From Chara braunii (Eukaryota; Plantae; Charophyceae): a stretch of 64,000 nucleotides of DNA. The stretch covers positions 5,328,258-5,392,257 of the forward strand of contig BFEA01000023.1 in NCBI GenBank assembly GCA_003427395.1, read 5' to 3'. The notes beneath the pieces are model-generated. The model made no database searches. It was not told the origin of the DNA and saw only the letters and a list, made by a program, of their open reading frames with translations. Positions within the stretch are counted from its first letter, which is position 1. Each line of letters opens with the position of its first letter. A program made the translations under genes and the position numbers. Positions 57,457-64,000 of this stretch are shown one piece after another.

Positions 57457-58124
57457 CGCCGATTTTCCTTCTGTACGGCTCGAGTATTTTTTCGAAGCAA
57501 TTTTTTGTGCTACTATGTGGTGCTTTTTCCTAACCTTTTTCCACTTAAGCTCGTATTCTTTTTCTTCTGTCATATTTCTCTATCGTGTTAGATTGAATGG
57601 GATTGTTGTTAGGCAGTGGGTTTGAGTCGTCGCCAATGTTTTGCTTCAACCGTTCCTTCGACGTACTTCCTAATCTCGGAATAGCGTTTTAACCACCGTG
57701 CTACTCACGGTGAGGCGCCAGGTAACCATCACGAAGACTGCAAGGAAGACTTCTTGGATACCAGTCTGGACAGCGGGATCATTTAACCCGTCAAATCTTT
57801 CCTTTTATTCTCTCTCTCTCTCTCTCTCCCCTATATTTACGATCTCCTTCCCTTTTTTTCCTTCCCTCGCCATTTTATTCATTTTTCTTCGTTTCCGTTC
57901 TTCTCCTCCTTATTCGCGATTTCCTTCCTGTTTTTCTTTTCTTTTCTTTCTTTATTTGATTCGATCTCGTCTCACTATTGGTATTTTTGACACTTTCTTC
58001 TCTACTAAGCTATTTTCTCTCTTTTCCTATCGATCTTTGTTATTTTGTTACTGTGAGCGACATAGCTTTGGAGTTGAGATTTGAATGCGCTATAGTAGTG
58101 TATTGCGTGGTGCTAAAAAAAGAA

Positions 58125-59776
58125 ATGGTGGATGGTGGGGGAAAAGGAGGGTATGAGAATAGTTAGAATTGTGGACAATATGGACATTATACCCGTTCGT
58201 GCCCCTACCCACGGAGAAACAATACGTATGGTAGTGGGCATACGAACTTGGAGGGTGGGAATGTACAAGGGAGACTACTTTATAATGCGGCTCACGCTCC
58301 CTCATCAATCCCTCTCCCGTCTACTTCTTCGGCCTCACTGCTTCCTCCCCCCCCTCCTACTCCTCTCCCTCCTCCGTGGACACATGCCACTCAACCGCCC
58401 TTGCTTCAAGCTTCTCATGCTGCAACCTCAAGTTCTAGTGAACCTGCTACTTCAACGACGATAGTATCTTACCAGCCGCCGAGAGCTCTGTTCGATGGCA
58501 TGAATCGAGGAGGATGAAACAGACCGAGAGATATGGGTTCAAATGGGGAAACAATGATGATCCTTAGGGAGATTTGGAATAATCGGCAAGAAGAAAGAGA
58601 ACATAGAAGGGAAGAGGATGATCGGCGAAATCGGGAAGAGCAAGCCAGACTTGCCGGAGAAAAAAAGGAAAAACGTGCTGAAGCCGAAGAGAAAAAAAAA
58701 GTTGGACAGAAAGCCAGAATGGCGCGTCTTGTTAGAGAACAAATGAAGGAAATTGAGGTAAAAAAGCAGGATGCCTCCGGGGATAGTAGTAAGAAGAATT
58801 GGTAGAAGGTGGCCAAATTTAAGAAACCTCCAAATGAAGAGGAGACCAATAAAAATGGTGAAGGTAATGAAAACTAGAAGAGAGATCAAGTAACCATAGC
58901 GGGAAGTAATCCGATAGCTTCTCTGCAAGCAGCCGGTCAACGACAGATTGAAAATGAGGTCCCCTCACTTGATTTAGGTCTGTTACGTATGGATTTGGAC
59001 AATGTGCGAAAGACACAAGATGACCGTTGTCTGCTATTTCAGGAAATGTTGAGTTGCCTTAAAATGATTAAAGAGCAAGGGGCTGTTTTTCCCCCCCCCC
59101 TTCCTTCCCCCTTTGTCCCTCCTCCTCCTCCTCCACCTCACCATGCACCTTCGACACCCGCACCTCTGACTCCGACAAATCCTCCCGCTCCCCCTCCTCA
59201 TCGTCCTTACGACCGCTCTCCTGTTGCACACCAACCCCACTGGCCCATCCGCCCATTCACACACCTCGACCTCCTGCTCTAGCTTCCCCCCCTGCACCAC
59301 CTCCTCCTCCACTCATCCACCCGTCTCTCGCAGAGCATGTGCGGTAATTGAACTAGGACCGTCAAGAACATGGAGTGACACAACACAAGACGTCATCAGA
59401 CAATGCTTTCTCGACGCGCCTGACTGGAATGTTCGCATCAGTCGTACAAAGTGGTTCATGGAAGAGATCGGTTGGTATCTCCATCAATGAAGGTGCAAAT
59501 AATGAGGGTATCTCACAGGAGTTGGGCTTTGATTGGATCAACCATGGCAAAAAGGCAACGGTAGCTCGTCCTGGCAAGGAAGGAAGGAAAACATACATTG
59601 AAGACTTGGTGGGCGTATTGATGAAAAAAAACAAGCACAAACTTGAAGAGTTGTGTAAGAAGGACCGGATTAAGTATGTTAACAAAAAGGTGACGACAAC
59701 TCCTTTAGCCAAGATACGTGCTATGAAGGCATACAAAGAAAAAGACGAGGAGGATCAATCCGAGGAGGAGACTTAA
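58125..59776 (+). pseudogene. Gag-like ORF1 (CCHC zinc knuckle, charged coiled coil, Pro-rich segment), disrupted
   Basis: From ATG 58125: MVDGGGKGGYEN[S][*]NCGQYGHYTRSCPYPRR, a decayed CX2CX4HX4C; then EEDDRRNREEQARL..; ends ..KDEEDQSEEET*. Confidence 0.7.
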
Positions 59777-59779
59777 GAG

Positions 59780-61350
59780 GAAAACCCCTCCTAGTGATCC
59801 GTTCATCTATCTTCCACCTGGAGCAACCTTGAACGAATTCGGAAGAGAAGATGCAATGAAGGATGGCAAGGTCCGAGTGCAGTAATAATGGATATATGTA
59901 TGCGATTTCTTATCTTAGTGTTGGCCTTCCATAAATAGTTGTGGTGGGCTGATAAGTTTTTGGGATGTTGGGCTAACTCTTCGAAAAATGACATAAACGT
60001 GTGTGGATGAGAGGGTCCACGTGTCTATGTTTTGATCTCTCCATGGTACAAGGCAACCTATATTAGTTCTACTTCCCGTCCTCTAAACTTTTTATAGGAG
60101 GAGTACATTCGTAGGTCTTTCCAGACAAATGACAATCAAAATCATAACCTCAGAAGATGGTTCCCGCGAAAAGGTTGGTACAACTATGTGGCCATGCCTA
60201 TACCTTTCCCTCCTATTGATGAGATCCGTGATGTTGAAGCAACTTTTATTTCTAGATGAACACGGACTTTTAACTGCATCAAAAAATAAAAATCCTCCTC
60301 GAAGCAGAAAGGACAATGGGAGCAGAAAACTTATATGAGAAATAAAGGGATGACAATAAAAAAAACTAGGGATATTGTGAAGTTTGTCTGCTGGGATTTC
60401 TATGATGTATCCCTGCCTATTCCAGAACCTTGGGTACCTTCGTTCCCTTCCTTTTCTATCAGTAGGATCTTAGAGAAACTGGCGGATGATAGGGCTATGC
60501 ATATAAATTTGTTGAGCACTGAAGGAAGTTGTTTCTTGGACTTATGGGGTAAAATTCGCAGGACGTTTGATTGGTCCATTATTAAGCTTGAAAGCGACAA
60601 GAAATATTTTTTGAAAGATTTTAAAAACAAATTTTCAAGTGAAGGTGTGTTTCACATTATGAGACTGAGATATAAGGAGAGTATGACATGAATCCTGCAG
60701 GATGTGTTAGCCTCTCTACGATAGGTTTCGAAAACCAGAATTGGACTTTACAAATCTGGTCTGCATAACCTGATTAAGTTGTATAACTCTATTAAGTTAT
60801 TTCACCGTGATAGATCTCGGACTATTCTAAAGGGAGTAGTTGGTAGATCTCTGACTTCTGTATGTGGTTTTCGATGTTAGACACTTACTATCGTGAATAT
60901 TACTTATGATAATATAATTAAAAAATCATTCATTATTCGTCTAGCTAGTTCGGTCATAAGGAAAAAAGTTTTATATAGTTTGCTTTCTGACTTTGTGATT
61001 TATAGATTGAGGGTTGTGTAAACTAAGAATAAATCAGTCGCTGATGTGTTGCACAATCATAGACGTATGACCCCGCTTCTTGCAGGTGTTTGCTCCTGTC
61101 CGAAGTATGATCTTGCTTTTCTTAGAAATGAGGATGGACATGTTATAGTTCAGGTTCTCCAAGTTCTTTTATCTGCAACCTTCTTTGAGCAATGCTAATA
61201 ATGTCCTGCGCCCATCTGGTCATTAATTTGTAGGAAGGTTAAAAATGGTTGTTTTTGATGATTTGTCACACATTCAAAGTACCAGTGAATGGGTTGGTAG
61301 CTCAAAAATGATTCTTTCTTGTTTCCTCAATACAGTAAAAGGGGAAACCG
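59780..61350 (+). pseudogene. ORF2 remnant: GIY-YIG endonuclease and CxC linker
   Basis: Motifs as listed for the element; many stops and frameshifts. Confidence 0.65.
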
Positions 61351-62375
61351 AGTGTGAAGATGTGACAATTTTGTGAAATATTCGTCGAAAATGACACCAC
61401 CTATTAACCATTAGCGACACTGCTACTAATTGTATCTATATAACATAAGTGATGGTAGTGAAAAATGTTTAGGCATATGTAAAGTGAAACTAGACTAAAA
61501 AAAAAAAAAAAAAAAATTATCGTGATTGAAATTGTCGTCAAAGTTGACTGGTTTTATGCTGCACTTGGGAGATTCACCCTAAGTGATAATTTCCGTACAT
61601 GTTTGGTTCGGGTGTTAACCACTCCTACCAACTATGCTACAACATATAAAAAACGTCCTCAATTGATTTACCTCTTGCATGACGTGTAAAAACTGCCTAA
61701 GTTCTACCTAGCGGGATCTTATCATGTTGCAAGGACTCATAAGAGGTATAATTGGCGCATTCGACCTGAGCGGCATGTTTCATACGTTCCAGCATAAAAA
61801 AACAAACTCTTGCGTGACACGGCGATGATAACCTTTGACTTGATGCGATAACCGGTGCGCTCGACAGGTGGCGCCACTAACGAGGACCGAGGTTGTTACA
61901 TGCCCAGTTGATCAATGAACATAATAACTGAGGATCCGCAATGTGATAAAAATGACTGAATGGACAATGCAATGCGAGTAGAATCTCAACTAGCAATGTG
62001 CATTCCGATACATACAAAATGGTGTTTGATAGCGCAGGGAAGACTTAAATACAAATCCTGACCTGACCGGGACTGACCTCCTTCACGTAACACAAGATAG
62101 CGAACCAGAATGCTAGAGTACTAATGACTAACCCAATCGATGTTTCAACGCAGACCAAACATACATCATGCTAATCACAAAGTGTGAAGGGGCCTGGCGA
62201 TATAAACAGAAAAGAGGCGCCAGGTCCAGACATACACAGACGAAGAGGAAGGGATCAGACGAAGAAGCGGAAGGGGGAGATGAGAAAGTCGTCAACACCA
62301 AGTCTCGTTACAAGTCCCAAATAATCCCTCTTCAAAATGTTTGAAGTCTCATGTCGAGTCTGGATCCAATGTCAC

Positions 62376-62436
<61 letters not shown>

Positions 62437-62562
62437 GTAGTCTGCTGATGCAGTGAAGTCAGATAGCGAGAGGGTGAGAAGGAGATGGTGGACTGAGAAG
62501 AGGAAGAAGAAGNNNNNNNNNNNNNNNNNNNNNNNNNNNNNNNNNNNNNNNNNNNNNNNNNN

Positions 62563-62626
<64 letters not shown>

Positions 62627-64000
62627 ATGCGAGGTACTAACTTGAGCATGTGAAGATGGCGCTATCGCGCGAGGCGATCCTTCGCCCTGCTGGGAGTGCT
62701 GAACCTCACGGCCGTGTCACGCAGGATTTATTTTCGAAGAATCAACTTGTCACCACTCCAACCGTGCGCGCGTGCTATACCTCTCACGACGCCCTGCGAC
62801 AGGTCGGGACGTCGCGAGGTACAACTTACCTCTACCCGAGGGGCTGTCACCACCCTCAGGTAGGCGTATCCTTGCTGAGCTACTGACCCACGTGCGAAGG
62901 CTTTTACATGCCTGAGTAGAGGTAGGTCGACCGAGGGCGTTTGCTCGATTGCTGTAACACTAAATGAGGTACGCGCGGTAAAATACCTATAACTGACCTG
63001 CTACGTACTTCAGGTCGAACTTTTTAATGGTAGTTTATTTCCGCTCTATGCTTTAATTTTCTGATGATCGAACCTGTCCGACTTTCCTAGCTGCTAAGAC
63101 TCTCTATCCTACTGAACAGATTATGTCACAATTGTTAACAAATAATACAGGATTTATATAAGACCATAAAGAGTATGAGAGTATTACCGTCGGGAACCCT
63201 TTCCACTGTCACAAGTGCTGTGTGCCCAGGACTCTTCAACAGACCAAGTCCAGTTCAATCCAAATCACGCACAAAACAGACCTGCACAGAATAATGCAAA
63301 GACGGTTTACATGCCATGTAATAACGGAGTCAACCATCAATCATTGACCTTGTTCCTCACTTCCCAAACTATGTACGACAACTTTATCTTCCCTGAGACG
63401 TAAGCCCAACCCCCTCACATTTCTTCAAAGGACCTTGGAGAGTGACCAAGACCATTTAGGCAATGACCATATGTGACAGTTTTACTGACCACAAGGTTTG
63501 ACTTTAGAGGTGGGTATCAAGTCAAAGGGGAAAAGTTGAATCGCTAACAACCGACCTGTTGTCGAGTGATAACAGAAAATTGAGTCCCTTATGTAGGACT
63601 TCTCCTTCAATTGCAGTAGACCAAAGCAAAGGCCTGCACACACACAGGTCAACAATGATTCAACATCCCCACTTGATTCCCACATAATGATACCTAAGGG
63701 TCAAGCCCTTAGTTATGGTTTGCGAGCTTTGGGATCAACATCCCAAAGTCTAACCCATAGCTTCTACCTACCCTGAGTCGTCTGTCACTCCTCCTTCTTT
63801 TATTTCAAGAAGTTTCTCTGCCTATGTCTCATGCTGTCCCAGGGAAACTCATATTTCCCCTTACTCTCAGTACTTGCAGTTTCTCTTTCGCAGATAAGCA
63901 CACCCTTTTGTGCATGCGCGATAATCTAACTGAGATCCACGCATGCCGTCCGGTGGTTTCTCCCTTAGGAGCCTATTAATGAACCGAGGCTATGCGGAAC

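Larger units (their letters stand above)
57311..61350 (+). mobile_element. Decayed two-ORF N-terminal GIY-YIG PLE (gag-like ORF1 plus EN-CxC ORF2), truncated before RT
   Basis: Zinc knuckle at 58161-58202; GIY-YIG VYVLISPWYKATYISSTSR at 60023-60079; LHNHR..CSC..DGHV at about 61049-61144; begins after a (CT)n run. Confidence 0.72.

Noticed and set aside
62649-63477. Solo LTR (TGTGA..TCACA or TGTCACA..TGTGACA ends)
   Set aside because: No matching TSD, PBS or PPT was found.

Overview
Eukaryotic, repeat- and microsatellite-rich draft-assembly window with seven N gaps. It is probably from a streptophyte: the plant-type U6, the AML gene, the long introns and the transposon types suggest a charophyte such as Chara, but this is inference. 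One host gene dominates: a minus-strand Mei2-like (AML-type) three-RRM RNA-binding protein gene. I reconstructed it as 18 phase-consistent GT-AG coding exons from about 41086 to 9996 (about 1157 aa); the first two micro-exons are tentative. Its introns hold a full-length U6 retrocopy with an A-rich tail and a 12-bp TSD, two more U6 fragments, MITEs, a LINE 3' end, a TGTCAGAC repeat array and palindromes. Two decayed Penelope-like retroelements (PLEs) with N-terminal GIY-YIG and CxC motifs (Naiad/Chlamys type) flank the gene. The left one (329-4841) is a single-ORF element with RT, an inverted truncated partner copy, 33-bp inverted ends and non-autonomous relatives that share a conserved 5' hairpin. 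The right one (about 57311-61350) has an extra gag-like zinc-knuckle ORF1 and a degenerate type I hammerhead ribozyme upstream. The hammerhead and the shared hairpin are the most novel-looking signals.
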